64,000 bases of DNA from an uncultured Pseudomonadota bacterium (GCA_903900265.1 CAIUMM010000040.1:19041-83040), one strand, 5' to 3'. Positions 18,641 to 28,353 are shown, numbered from the stretch's first letter. Numbers and translations are program-made. The notes: generated by a model not told the origin, from the sequence alone.

Positions 18641-19662
18641 CCGACTCGCTGGGCGCTTGGGTTCGTGGCGCAGGCTGCCTTTTGCTGCTTGGGTCCGGCT
18701 GCAAAGGCTGCCATGACGACGCGTGCGTCCCCGAAGGCGAGATCGCGTGCGACGGCATCGATCAGGACTGCGACGGAGCGGACGATTGCACCGTCTACGC
18801 CCGTCGCCCCGACGCGACGCTATACGGTGGGCTGGCGGATGAGGGCTACGGCGCGGCGCTGGCGTGGAAGGACGGCCAGCTTTGGGTAGGCGCTCCCTTC
18901 GACCCGGGCGGCGGGCGCTTGTACCTTGAGGACGCGCTTTCCAGAGCTGGAGGTCCTTTTCTGGGGACAGCCCTGCTGGCCACGTCCGATGGCGTGCTCG
19001 TCGGCGGAGACGGGCGCGTAGAGGACACTGTCGGGGTTGTACGTCTCGAGAGCGCCGAAGGGGTTGGCGGCATCCTCGTCGGCGAAGGTGCCCGATGGGC
19101 GACGCGCACCCGCAGCGGGGCGCTTTGGAGCGACGGCAACGCGCTCGATCTCGGCGGTTGTCCGGACAGCCTCGCGGTTCGGGACGGAGAGATCGTCGCT
19201 GGCTTTGCGTTTGGAGACACCTCGCTGATCGCCGGAGCGACGCGCGTCGCCCGCGTCGAAGGCGCGCAAGACGAAGCCGGCTGGGCGCTGGTGAGCGCGG
19301 ATGTAGACGGTGACGGCGCCACGGAGTGGATCGTCGGGGCGCCGGCCGCGAATCGCGTCGATATCCTCGACGGCGAGACCTTCGCGTGGCGCGCGAGCTG
19401 GTCGGGAACTGGGCGCTTCGGAAGCGCGCTCGCGACCGATGGGAGACGAGTTTTTGTAGGTTCGCCGATGGCGGGCACGGACGCACAGGGCGCGACGTCG
19501 GTGTGTAGCGGCACCGCCAACACGGCGTGCACCGTGCTGGAGTACGGCACGAATGCACAGGACCAACTTGGATTTTCGATGCTTTATGCCAACGAAAACC
19601 TCTACGCTGGCGCGCCGGGCGGGCCCGGCACCGCAGGGTACGTCCGCGTAAGCAGCCCGTGA
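18637..19662 (+). CDS. FG-GAP/integrin-alpha-like beta-propeller lipoprotein with a CDGIDQDCDG metal-binding motif (start uncertain, CTG 18637 or TTG 18682)
   Basis: EIACDGIDQDCDG; YGAALA...VGAP, ADVDGDGATEWIVGAP, FGSALA...VGSP repeats; GSGC lipobox. Confidence 0.75.
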   Translation: MTDSLGAWVRGAGCLLLLGSGCKGCHDDACVPEGEIACDGIDQDCDGADDCTVYARRPDATLYGGLADEGYGAALAWKDGQLWVGAPFDPGGGRLYLEDALSRAGGPFLGTALLATSDGVLVGGDGRVEDTVGVVRLESAEGVGGILVGEGARWATRTRSGALWSDGNALDLGGCPDSLAVRDGEIVAGFAFGDTSLIAGATRVARVEGAQDEAGWALVSADVDGDGATEWIVGAPAANRVDILDGETFAWRASWSGTGRFGSALATDGRRVFVGSPMAGTDAQGATSVCSGTANTACTVLEYGTNAQDQLGFSMLYANENLYAGAPGGPGTAGYVRVSSP

Positions 19663-20315
19663 TCCTCGGGCGCTCGATGCTGTTGCCCGGACTGCGCGGC
19701 GACGAGCGGGAGTTTGAGGGCCTGCGCGCGCTGCTCCCCGAGGCCACGCCGATCGCGCTACCCGCGAAAGCGCACGATCGCTTCGACGCGATCATCGAGG
19801 CGATTCTAAAGGCTCAACGCGACGAGATTGCCGCAGCGGACACGCTGCTCGGCGCGAGCTTCGGGGGTCTTGTGGCCCGCGCGCTCGTGGCGGGCGGCTA
19901 TACTCGGGCCCGCCTCGTGCTGATCGGAACCCTGCCCCACCCCACACCGCCGTCGGCGGCGAGCCGGTGCGGGATCACCGGTCGCCTTGTGCCGTTGCTG
20001 CCCGAGTCGCTCTACGGTCGCCTGTACGCGCGCCGCGCAGCCAGCGAATGGCGGCAGGACACGGACGACGCCTGGCCAGCAGCGCTCCCCTCGCCTGCGG
20101 TGATCGGGGCGCGGCTACGGGCGATCGCCCGCTGGGGCCTCCCGCCGTTGCCGCCCGGTACGGTCGTAGCGTGGGGGACCGAGGACCGCTTTGTGACCTG
20201 GGACGCGGCTGCGGTTCGCGCGTGGGGCGGGATCCCGCTGCCCCTCCCCGCCGGTCACCGTCCCCATCTTCGCGACCCGCAGGGCCTGATCGCTGCGCTC
20301 TCGCAGGTGGAATGA
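19659..20315 (+). CDS. Alpha/beta-hydrolase fold protein
   Basis: GASFGG nucleophile elbow, WGTEDRF Asp, GHRPH His; GTGA overlap with the upstream gene. Confidence 0.8.
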   Translation: MILGRSMLLPGLRGDEREFEGLRALLPEATPIALPAKAHDRFDAIIEAILKAQRDEIAAADTLLGASFGGLVARALVAGGYTRARLVLIGTLPHPTPPSAASRCGITGRLVPLLPESLYGRLYARRAASEWRQDTDDAWPAALPSPAVIGARLRAIARWGLPPLPPGTVVAWGTEDRFVTWDAAAVRAWGGIPLPLPAGHRPHLRDPQGLIAALSQVE

Positions 20316-20346
20316 GCGCCCGTTTCGATTGCGCGGTCAAACGCGG

Positions 20347-21957
20347 TCAGGGCGTCTGGCGATCCATGTAATCCCAGCGATCTGCGAGGAATTCGCGCAC
20401 GTAGGCGACCTCGCCGTCGTAGTCACGAACGTCACCCGTCCAACCCCAGTAGCTATCGAACTGCGGCTCCCATTTGGCCCAGTCGCGACGGGAAGCGGCG
20501 TCGATGTTGCGGACGTTGGAATCAAAAGTGGCGATCAACAAGGCTTTGGACCACGGCCCATCCAGCGCAGCCCGCAAATGGGCGTTCATCTGCGCGGCTA
20601 GCGTCGGATTCGCGAAGGCTCGCTCAAAAAACAGATTGTTGCCGGTGAAGTCCTCGCGGTCATTGGCTGCGACGTCGATGGTCTGCCAATCCTGACCGAG
20701 CGAGTGGTTGAAGTCCCACGGGGTGTACCGCCAGACCCCAGCAGAATCTAAGGGGTCGTGGTACAAGTAGCTGTTTTTACCCGCAGAGTCCGCACCATCG
20801 ACAAAGCGTACAAAGGCCCACCAGTTCATGAAGTCATCGCGGGAGATCCACGTGTCGAGCTCGCTCTCGAAGGTGGCATCCTCGGAGAGCGCCATGAAGC
20901 CGACGAGGTCGTCGAGGTCCGACCAATCGTCGTCCCCCGCCTTCTTCTCGTAGCCCTGATGCAGCGAGCTTTTTCGCCTTCCGTTGTAGCTAAGGGCAAA
21001 GTTCGCGGAGTGGTCCACCGCTTTGTACAGGTTGGCGTCCTCTCGGCCCCCGTTGTCCTCCCACCACTCCCCGTCGATGTGGTCGGTGATCAGCTGCAGG
21101 CCTTCATAGGCGCCGTTGATGAACAACGCTGCCATGGCGGTCTGGAAGACGGGATGGGTGTCCGACATCGACGACCACAGGTCGTAGCAGAGCTTCTGAC
21201 GAATGTAGGTGTTGTCGTCGAAGGTACTGGTAATGTTCAGGTTTCTCCGCTTGGTCCACCCTGGAGCGTCGAACTTGTCGTCTTTGTCGAAGGAGAGGAC
21301 AAAGCTGTGCTTGGGGTAGTAGGCCGACGAAGCGCCGCGGTACTGAACGCCGATCGCGTAGCGGTGTCCGAGCCAGACGAGGCTGCTGGCGACATCGCTG
21401 TCGTAGTTGGTGTCGGGGGGAACCTCGAGGTGCAGCACCGGCACGCCCAGCTCGTAGGTGTACGTCATGGGATCCACCTGCACATTCGCCGTGTTGTTCC
21501 ATGCGTCCGCAACCCAAACCGTACCGGTGGCCTCGACGCTCGCCGCGTCGCGCACCGCGAGGAAATGCACGTCATACTGTCCGCCGGCGTCGAGCCCCGG
21601 CGTCCACGTCAAGGTCGAACCGGACCATTCCGCTCCCGCGGGGAGATTGACGGGCGTCACCTGCGCCGCGCTGTCCTCCTCACACGCGACGGTCCACGAG
21701 AGCGCCTCGCCCTCCGTCGCAAACACCGCGGCGACGTCGGCATCTTCCGCGCTTCCAAGCGGCGAGGCCGAGACGGTGACCAACGTACACGCGGTGACCG
21801 GCACGTTTGGCACCGAATCCAAGGGCTCGGGCGCGGAGTCTACGGCCGAGTCGGGCACGGCAGGCGAGCGACCGGGCTCGGGCACCGCGGGCTGGCACCC
21901 CGGGAGCAGGACGGCGAGCGCACAGGCACCGCCAAGCCGGGTGTTTATCGAGCGCAT
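20347..21957 (-). CDS. CotH kinase family lipoprotein
   Basis: Lipobox LPGC; YRGASS...PKHSF, LFINGAYEGL, KNSYLY, PWDFNHSLG. Confidence 0.85.
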   Translation of the reverse strand: MRSINTRLGGACALAVLLPGCQPAVPEPGRSPAVPDSAVDSAPEPLDSVPNVPVTACTLVTVSASPLGSAEDADVAAVFATEGEALSWTVACEEDSAAQVTPVNLPAGAEWSGSTLTWTPGLDAGGQYDVHFLAVRDAASVEATGTVWVADAWNNTANVQVDPMTYTYELGVPVLHLEVPPDTNYDSDVASSLVWLGHRYAIGVQYRGASSAYYPKHSFVLSFDKDDKFDAPGWTKRRNLNITSTFDDNTYIRQKLCYDLWSSMSDTHPVFQTAMAALFINGAYEGLQLITDHIDGEWWEDNGGREDANLYKAVDHSANFALSYNGRRKSSLHQGYEKKAGDDDWSDLDDLVGFMALSEDATFESELDTWISRDDFMNWWAFVRFVDGADSAGKNSYLYHDPLDSAGVWRYTPWDFNHSLGQDWQTIDVAANDREDFTGNNLFFERAFANPTLAAQMNAHLRAALDGPWSKALLIATFDSNVRNIDAASRRDWAKWEPQFDSYWGWTGDVRDYDGEVAYVREFLADRWDYMDRQTP

Positions 21958-23255
21958 GCGGCCTCCACCTCAGCGATGGTCTTGGGACACGCCGCGGTCA
22001 GCACCTCTGGCGATCCGGCGGTGATCAGCAGGTCATCTTCGATGCGCACGCCAATGCCGCGCAGCGCCTCGGGCGCGTCTTGGTCATCTGGCGGGATGTA
22101 GAGACCCGGCTCCACCGTCAAGACCTGCCCGGGGGCCAACGGCCGCGAGTAGAGCCCGACGTGGTAGGCGCCGGGGTCATGCACGTCGAGCCCCAGCCAA
22201 TGGCCGGTGCCGTGCATGTAATACTTCCGATATCGCTCCTCGACGATCAGCTCGTCCACATCCCCATCGAGGAGCCCAAGCTCTACCATGCCTTCCGTGA
22301 GCACCCGCACCGCTGCGTCGTGCATGTCCCGGTAGGGCCTTCCCGCCGTCGCGCAGGCGATCGCCGCGTGTTGGGCCTCGAGGACGAGGTTGTAGACGTC
22401 GCGTTGAGATGTGGTGAACCTGCCGGACACCGGCCAGGTGCGGGTCACGTCTGCGGTGTAATAGTCGACCTCAGCGCCGGCATCGACGAGACAGAGCGAG
22501 CCCGGAGCGAGCTTGTCGCGGTTCTGGATGTAGTGCAGGATGCACGCGTTCGCGCCGCCGCCGACGATGGTCGTGTAGCCCGCGCCGGTGCCGCCGCGAC
22601 GGCGAAAAGTATGGTCAATCGCGGCTTCCACCTCGTATTCAAAAGCGCCCGGCACGCCGGTCCGCATCGCCGCGATGTGCGCCTCGGCGGTGATCTCCGC
22701 CGCGCGCCGCAGCAGCGCCAGCTCTGCGTCGTCCTTGTGCAGCCGCAGCTCGCCAAGCAGCACCCGACTGTGCTCGATCTTCCACGGCAAGCAGAGGCCG
22801 TTCCGCAGCGAGGCGCGCGCGTTGTTCACCGCGCCGAACACCAGCCGGTCGTGATCCGGCTGCTCGCCGTAGGCATAGTGCAGCGTCGAGTAGCCCGCGA
22901 CCAGCAACGGAAGCCGCATCGCCAGCTCCGAATACGGAAAAGCCAGATCGGCTCCAAAGCGCTCCCGGGCGCCCTCCACGCCCTCCCGACGACCGGTCCA
23001 CGTCTCCCGCTCACGGTCTTTGGGCTGTACGAACAGCACGAATGGATGGTCGCTATCCGGAAGAAATAGAGCTGCGACCTCGGGATCCTCCCATCCTGTC
23101 AGGTAATGAAGATCGCTGTGCGGGCGATAGCGATACTCGCTGTCGGCGTTACGAGCCGCGTGTGGGACCCCGAAAACCAGGCTCGCAGCTTTGTTTTTCT
23201 CGCCGGAGTTCGCGAGGGCATCGAGGTAGCGGGCACGGCGTTGCGATCGGGGCAT
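21945..23255 (-). CDS. pepP: Xaa-Pro aminopeptidase P
   Basis: DAGAE...ADVTRT, HGTGHWLGLDVHD, TVEPGLY, GVRIEDD. Confidence 0.93.
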   Translation of the reverse strand: MPRSQRRARYLDALANSGEKNKAASLVFGVPHAARNADSEYRYRPHSDLHYLTGWEDPEVAALFLPDSDHPFVLFVQPKDRERETWTGRREGVEGARERFGADLAFPYSELAMRLPLLVAGYSTLHYAYGEQPDHDRLVFGAVNNARASLRNGLCLPWKIEHSRVLLGELRLHKDDAELALLRRAAEITAEAHIAAMRTGVPGAFEYEVEAAIDHTFRRRGGTGAGYTTIVGGGANACILHYIQNRDKLAPGSLCLVDAGAEVDYYTADVTRTWPVSGRFTTSQRDVYNLVLEAQHAAIACATAGRPYRDMHDAAVRVLTEGMVELGLLDGDVDELIVEERYRKYYMHGTGHWLGLDVHDPGAYHVGLYSRPLAPGQVLTVEPGLYIPPDDQDAPEALRGIGVRIEDDLLITAGSPEVLTAACPKTIAEVEAACAR

Positions 23256-23261
23256 AAACGC

Positions 23262-23267
23262 AGGCTA
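23262..23267 (-). promoter_or_regulatory. Candidate -10 box (TAGCCT) 6 nt before the pepP ATG
   Basis: Minus strand reads TAGCCT-gcgttt-ATG. Confidence 0.45.
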
Positions 23268-23272
23268 ACCGA

Positions 23273-23788
23273 TCACTCTGCAGCATCGGACGTAGGCTTG
23301 GGGGTGTCTGCGGGCCCGGGCAGCGCGGCCTCGGGCTTGAAATTCCAGCCGCCAAACGCAGCAGCCCATCCCAACACCGCGGCGAAGAACAGCAGCACGC
23401 ACACCATCGCGTACGCGTTCGCACCGAGCCTCGCCGCAAACAACGCCGTCTGCGAATCCGACAACGCGCGTTCTAACCTTGTTCTCTCCTTGTTCTGGCG
23501 CTCGTACCAACGGCGCACATCGTCGATGCCCAGCGCACGCAGCTCGGCGACCGGATCCGGCTCAGGCACCTCCACGCCCATCGAGGCCAACCAAGCGCCG
23601 ACTTCGGGAGCGAGCGGATGGTTTGGAAAGCGCCTGAGCGCGGCCCCCACCGCCTCTGGACGGCCGTCTTCGACCGACAACGCGTCGAAGAGATCGCTGG
23701 TGCCCGGCGCCTCCGTGAAGGCCTCAAGTCGAGCACAGAGGGCCGCTGCCGTCGGCGATGTATCCACAGCGGCGCCCCGAGAGCTCAA
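23273..23788 (-). CDS. Hypothetical protein with coiled coil and C-terminal TM helix
   Basis: ATGA overlap with the upstream gene; hydrophobic AMVCVLLFFAAVLGWAAAF segment. Confidence 0.65.
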   Translation of the reverse strand: MSSRGAAVDTSPTAAALCARLEAFTEAPGTSDLFDALSVEDGRPEAVGAALRRFPNHPLAPEVGAWLASMGVEVPEPDPVAELRALGIDDVRRWYERQNKERTRLERALSDSQTALFAARLGANAYAMVCVLLFFAAVLGWAAAFGGWNFKPEAALPGPADTPKPTSDAAE

Positions 23789-24645
23789 GTTTGCGGAACG
23801 AACAGCAGCCAGGTCAAGTGGGCCGGCGTGACCGAAGCGTGGACCGTTGCACCGTCGGAGATGCCCTTGCCAACTACGCCTTCGAGGTTGCCGTGGTAGT
23901 CCACCGCGTACACGTCATAGCTGCCGGCAGGCACGGTCGGGTCGGTGACGGTGACGTCAAAGGTGCCGGCGACCTCGGTGCCCAAGGGTCCGAACGCGAC
24001 AGCGATGGCGGCGGTCACGGGCCAGAACGCGCCGATGTGGTCCGCGCCGACGACGCCCACCGAGTACATGCCCGCGTCATAGCCGATAGGCACGGTCAGA
24101 ATTGCAGGATCTACCGTCCATTCTACGGTGTCAAAGGTGTACGATCCCGACTGGGTGATCGAGGTAGGACCGGTCATCTTCGGCAGGAACAGCGGACTTG
24201 GAGCCGCCCAAGCCGCGCTCTGTTCGACGATCGCCTGCACACGAATACGGCCGTAGTCCTTGCCCTCGACCCCCTCGCCCACCACATCGAGCTTGTACTC
24301 GCCCGCGCCGAGGCCGGTGAAGCTGAAGTTCCCCGACGCGTCGGTTTGGGACTTGAAGCAGCTGGTGACGCACGCCTGCACCTCGACATCCGCGCCCACC
24401 GGGCCATCCCACGCCACCACAGTTCCGGTGATGCTGGCATCGTCCGGCGGATCGGTGTCGGCGTCCGCGTCGGCATCGGTGTCGGCGTCGGTATCCGCGT
24501 CCGAATCGGTCGTGGCGGTGTCGTCCGTGGAGGTACCGGTGCAGCCAACGAGGCCCATTCCACCGAGCAGCAGCCCGGAGACCGGCAACACCAACGAGCA
24601 CGTAGCAGCGGACAGACCAGCAAACAAAGCAGAATTCAGGCGCAT
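23785..24645 (-). CDS. Lipoprotein with acidic DADTD repeat and carboxypeptidase-regulatory-like (transthyretin-like) domain
   Basis: ATG 24645, lipobox LVGC, ITGTVV...TDASGNFSFTGLGAGEYKL. Confidence 0.78.
   Translation of the reverse strand: MRLNSALFAGLSAATCSLVLPVSGLLLGGMGLVGCTGTSTDDTATTDSDADTDADTDADADADTDPPDDASITGTVVAWDGPVGADVEVQACVTSCFKSQTDASGNFSFTGLGAGEYKLDVVGEGVEGKDYGRIRVQAIVEQSAAWAAPSPLFLPKMTGPTSITQSGSYTFDTVEWTVDPAILTVPIGYDAGMYSVGVVGADHIGAFWPVTAAIAVAFGPLGTEVAGTFDVTVTDPTVPAGSYDVYAVDYHGNLEGVVGKGISDGATVHASVTPAHLTWLLFVPQT
24451..24510 (-). repeat. Low-complexity coding repeat DSDADTDADTDADADADTD
   Basis: Repeated 6-bp Asp-Xaa codon units. Confidence 0.8.
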
Positions 24646-24707
24646 GGAGAACCTCAGGGGAGCGAAGGAGCAGCGTAACGGGAAAGCACGATCGGCGATA
24701 GCAGATT

Positions 24708-25706
24708 TCAGCCCTTCAACAGCAGCTTCGACCGCGGATCGACGAGCAAGTAGATCACCCACACTGCGACGGGCAAGCCACCGAGACAGCACGGCGCAGG
24801 CACCATCCCCGCGGTCGCGAGCACGATCAGCGCCACCCGACCTACCGCGACGTTCTTCCGAAAGATCCAGCGACGATTGGAGGCCCGCAGCTCCCGCCCG
24901 AGCAGCAGCCACAGCATCGAAGTTCCGCCGCTCAGCACATCGAGCACCGTCTCCCAGCGGATGCCGCCGAGGGTGTAGGTCTGCCAGCTGTGCCAACTCA
25001 GCCCAGAGCACGCGGCCAACATCATCAGCGCCGCGACCACCCACGTCACCGTGCCCGCGGTGCGCAGCCGGTCGAGGTGCTGTTGGTGCGCGGCGTCCAG
25101 CCCCTGCGCGGACTCCGGCCCCAGGCGGTAGAACGGCTCCGCGCCCGCTCCGACGCCGATCGCGGCGCCCAGCGCGCGCCGATCCGCAGGCGCCGACGAC
25201 CACCAGCCGGCAGCGGGCCCGTCACTCAGCGAGCGCCCCTGACGGTACAGGTTGGAGAGCCATCGCAGGAAGTCAGGATGGAGCGTATCGGCAGGATCAT
25301 CGGGGTGTTCGGCCTTCTCCACGCGGCTGACCTCACCGCCCTGATCCACCCACTCCCCAAAAACCCGGTTTTGCTCTTGCACCGTCGCGAGGATGGTACC
25401 GGCGAGGGTGTCGTCCGATGGCAGGTTCGCACCGTCAAAAACGTAGCGGAACAGCGTCTCTGCGCAGCGAACGGCGACGCGCTGCCCCTTCCCGGGGAGC
25501 ACCTTGACGGTGTACACCCATCCGTCATCCATCGAGGACGCGGCGGCAGGAAAGCGCAGTAGGATTCCCCCGCTTTGACGGAGCAATTGCTCTACAGACA
25601 AGTCGCCCGCAGCGTTCCGGGACCGCGTGCCGTCGGGCACGCCAAGGTCTACGAAACCCCTCAGGAGGCGGGCGTAGGGTTCGTCAAATTGCGCGATGGC
25701 GGCCAT
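24708..25706 (-). CDS. Hypothetical membrane protein (soluble N-domain, C-terminal TM helices)
   Basis: 332-aa ORF filling the gap; C-terminal PAPCCLGGLPVAVW hydrophobic segment. Confidence 0.65.
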   Translation of the reverse strand: MAAIAQFDEPYARLLRGFVDLGVPDGTRSRNAAGDLSVEQLLRQSGGILLRFPAAASSMDDGWVYTVKVLPGKGQRVAVRCAETLFRYVFDGANLPSDDTLAGTILATVQEQNRVFGEWVDQGGEVSRVEKAEHPDDPADTLHPDFLRWLSNLYRQGRSLSDGPAAGWWSSAPADRRALGAAIGVGAGAEPFYRLGPESAQGLDAAHQQHLDRLRTAGTVTWVVAALMMLAACSGLSWHSWQTYTLGGIRWETVLDVLSGGTSMLWLLLGRELRASNRRWIFRKNVAVGRVALIVLATAGMVPAPCCLGGLPVAVWVIYLLVDPRSKLLLKG

Positions 25707-25740
25707 GCGGCCGGTTTATCGCGCTACCGCCGACCCGACG

Positions 25741-26022
25741 TCAATCCTTGAAGATGGCGTCGAGGAATGGGAGTCCGTTTTCGTTCTCCCCGATGGCCTG
25801 CCCGCTCTGCAGCTTGCCAGCCAAAAGGTAAGCGTCGTACACAAAAACGCAGGCGGCGAGCGTGCCGAGGCCGCACGCGCACATCGAGACGGTCGTGATT
25901 CCTACCGCGATCGCCGCTTTCTTCTGCTGCCCGATCAGGAAATAGCCGAGCCCGCCGAAGATAAAGTTTGCTGCGGCGAGGAGCACCGGGTTCGCGTCGG
26001 GCTTGGTGATCATCTGACCCAT
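25741..26022 (-). CDS. Small membrane protein (TM2-like)
   Basis: GGAGG RBS; ANFIFGGLGYFLIGQQKKA pattern followed by a second hydrophobic hairpin. Confidence 0.75.
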   Translation of the reverse strand: MGQMITKPDANPVLLAAANFIFGGLGYFLIGQQKKAAIAVGITTVSMCACGLGTLAACVFVYDAYLLAGKLQSGQAIGENENGLPFLDAIFKD

Positions 26023-26084
26023 GCGGGCCTCCGTCGGCTCAAGGCGAGCCGCAAATTGCGAGAGATTAGCAGGCCAGTGCGGCT

Positions 26085-26861
26085 TTATTCTTGGTAAACG
26101 AACGTGGGGTAGATCGGCACCATCCCCCCATCTTCGGCGAGGTATTGGTAGATCGCCACATGGCGCGTGTCGTCGCCGTTGTCGTACTCGACGCTGGCTA
26201 CGAGCCCGCCTGCGTCCACACCGAAGGCGGCGTACAGGCCATCGGTGCCCGTGCCGGTGGCTTCCGGATCATACACGCCGGAGTCGTCATGGTAGCAGGC
26301 AGTGATCTCGGCGCCTTGTGCCGGGGTAATCACGATGTTGGCGTCGTCTTCAACCGGCATCGCGTCCACGTCAGAGACGTTCATCCACTTTCGCACCTCA
26401 CCGACCACCGCTACGCCGCTGCCGGCCTCCCCGACGGTCTCCGCTCCCGGACAGCCCGCCCAATCCGCGCGCAGCGCGTCCGTCCAGTCCGCCGAGGCCA
26501 CCCATGGAAATCCAGTCCCCGCGTCGAAGTCGAACAACCCGGCGTTGCCGGAGAACGCCGTCGGGACGTACCCGCCCCCATCCGGTCCTTGAACCTGCAC
26601 AAAGAAAGCGTCCCCGGCTGGAACAGCGGCCGTGAAGAAGCCACTCTCATCGGTGGTCGCCTCAGCAACGGTCACGCCGTCGCCGTCGAGGGTCTGCACC
26701 ATCGCGCCGCCCACCACGCCGCCGATCCCCCCGGGGGAGTCGAACACCGTGCCCGACATCTGCACCTCGGAAGCCGGCATGCAGCCCGAGACCAACAGCA
26801 TCGCCGTGAGTCCGCTCGCCCACACCCCACCGAGGCCCATAGAACCGTGCGTATCCGTCAT
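26085..26861 (-). CDS. Acidic lipoprotein with carboxypeptidase-regulatory-like domains
   Basis: ATGA overlap at 26858-26861; lipobox VSGC; ATTDESGFF and TGTDGLY motifs. Confidence 0.72.
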   Translation of the reverse strand: MTDTHGSMGLGGVWASGLTAMLLVSGCMPASEVQMSGTVFDSPGGIGGVVGGAMVQTLDGDGVTVAEATTDESGFFTAAVPAGDAFFVQVQGPDGGGYVPTAFSGNAGLFDFDAGTGFPWVASADWTDALRADWAGCPGAETVGEAGSGVAVVGEVRKWMNVSDVDAMPVEDDANIVITPAQGAEITACYHDDSGVYDPEATGTGTDGLYAAFGVDAGGLVASVEYDNGDDTRHVAIYQYLAEDGGMVPIYPTFVYQE

Positions 26862-27604
26862 TGTGCGCTCCCATTGAACCAGTATGCCATTCCGACCTCC
26901 CCCGCGAGGAGCGGGTAGGTCTCTTCGGCCCCGAGGCCGCTCTCGACGCGTACATCCCCCGCAGGGATCGACGTCGCGACGAAGTAGCTCAGCGGCCCAT
27001 CCACCACCGCAGTGACCACGCCTTCGTCGTCCACGCGGAAGCACGAAGGGACGATGCCGGCGACCCGGACATCCTCGCAGGCCCACGGCGCCTCGTCGTC
27101 GCCCGTCCAAGGCGCACCGATCACCGTGACCATGCCGCTGTCCGCAGGGGCGCGCACCGAATCGCCCAGCAGCGTCAGCAGCGCGTCTACGCCCTCGGCC
27201 TCCGCCCCAAACAACGCTCCCGCAAACCACGACGCATCCCGGTCGGGCGACGCGAAGCGCCAAACCGCCGCCGGGCTGGTGGACAAGCGCACGGTAAACC
27301 GCGTTGAAGGGGGCAAGTCGACGCTCCAGTACCCGGCGTAGTCCTCGTAGGGCTCAGTCGCGACGACCGTCTCCGCTGCGGACCCTTCTGCCCCAGCGTC
27401 CGGGACGAACTCCACGGTCTCGTCCCCCGTCGCGCCTTCGGCGAACCGCGAGTAGAGCGCGTCGGCCTGCGGCGAGCTGTAGACGTAGCCAGACCAGGTG
27501 ACAAGCCCGTCCTCCACCGGCGGGGTGGTGCAGCCGGCCGCGAGGACTACGCCGAGGAGGAATCCTCGGCCCATCGGCGCACATCCAAAAAGCAAACCCA
27601 TCAT
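26858..27604 (-). CDS. Acidic lipoprotein, apparent distant paralogue of the downstream gene
   Basis: Lipobox AAGC; start ATG 27604 (or 27574). Confidence 0.7.
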   Translation of the reverse strand: MMGLLFGCAPMGRGFLLGVVLAAGCTTPPVEDGLVTWSGYVYSSPQADALYSRFAEGATGDETVEFVPDAGAEGSAAETVVATEPYEDYAGYWSVDLPPSTRFTVRLSTSPAAVWRFASPDRDASWFAGALFGAEAEGVDALLTLLGDSVRAPADSGMVTVIGAPWTGDDEAPWACEDVRVAGIVPSCFRVDDEGVVTAVVDGPLSYFVATSIPAGDVRVESGLGAEETYPLLAGEVGMAYWFNGSAQ

Positions 27605-27615
27605 CACCCCCCTCG

Positions 27616-28347
27616 CTAACCCTGCAGCCACACGCGTGCGCGCAGCCCCTGACCCAGATGCGCCTCGACCAGCGCGAGCATGGGCGCCACTGCGGCGCGC
27701 TCCCCGTAGGCCTGCAGCAGCGGCAAGCGACGTAGCTGAGCCAACTGTGCAAGGTCTTCCAAGGGGATTCGAGGCGAGCCCGCGACGTCCGGCGGGACGT
27801 GGTCCACATGGAACGCCCCGCCTCCTTGGGGGACCCACGCCATCGGGAGCGCCGGCGCCTCCCCACACGCAGGACAACGCTCCAGCGCAGGCGCCAGCCC
27901 TCCGAAGGTCAGCAGCTTCGCCAGCAGCGCCGCGAGGAAGCCATCCGAAGGGTCTTCGGGGTGCTGGTCCAACAGCAAAAGCGCAGTCTCCAAGCATCCA
28001 AACAACCGCGTATCGGGGACGGTTGTGGCGAGCGCACCGGCGACCTCGCACGCGATCGCAGCCGGCCCGAGCCGCTCCAAACGTGCCCGCAAGCCGATCC
28101 GGCTCTCCAGCACCTCGGCCCCGACCAGCGTATACAAGTCGGAGGACCCCGAACGCAGCCCCACCCGTGCGCGCACGCCAAGATCTAAACCCGCGAAGGG
28201 GCTTTTCGCGCGGCGCGCTCGATTGCCCCACGCAGACACGCGACCACGCTCGGCGGTGAGCAAATAGTAGATGCGGTCGTCCTCGCCCTGATCGAGGCGC
28301 CCGACGACGATCGCGTCGACCGTCTCCGTTGTTCGACGGGCAGCCAC
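27616..28347 (-). CDS. recO: DNA repair protein RecO
   Basis: GEDDRIYYLLTAERGRV OB-fold start, GLAPALERCPACG zinc knuckle, typical length. Confidence 0.88.
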   Translation of the reverse strand: MAARRTTETVDAIVVGRLDQGEDDRIYYLLTAERGRVSAWGNRARRAKSPFAGLDLGVRARVGLRSGSSDLYTLVGAEVLESRIGLRARLERLGPAAIACEVAGALATTVPDTRLFGCLETALLLLDQHPEDPSDGFLAALLAKLLTFGGLAPALERCPACGEAPALPMAWVPQGGGAFHVDHVPPDVAGSPRIPLEDLAQLAQLRRLPLLQAYGERAAVAPMLALVEAHLGQGLRARVWLQG

Positions 28348-28353
28348 GTGGCG

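Noticed and set aside
24451-24510. Short tandem repeats as a CRISPR array or contingency locus
   Set aside because: In-frame coding low-complexity repeat with no spacers and no cas genes.
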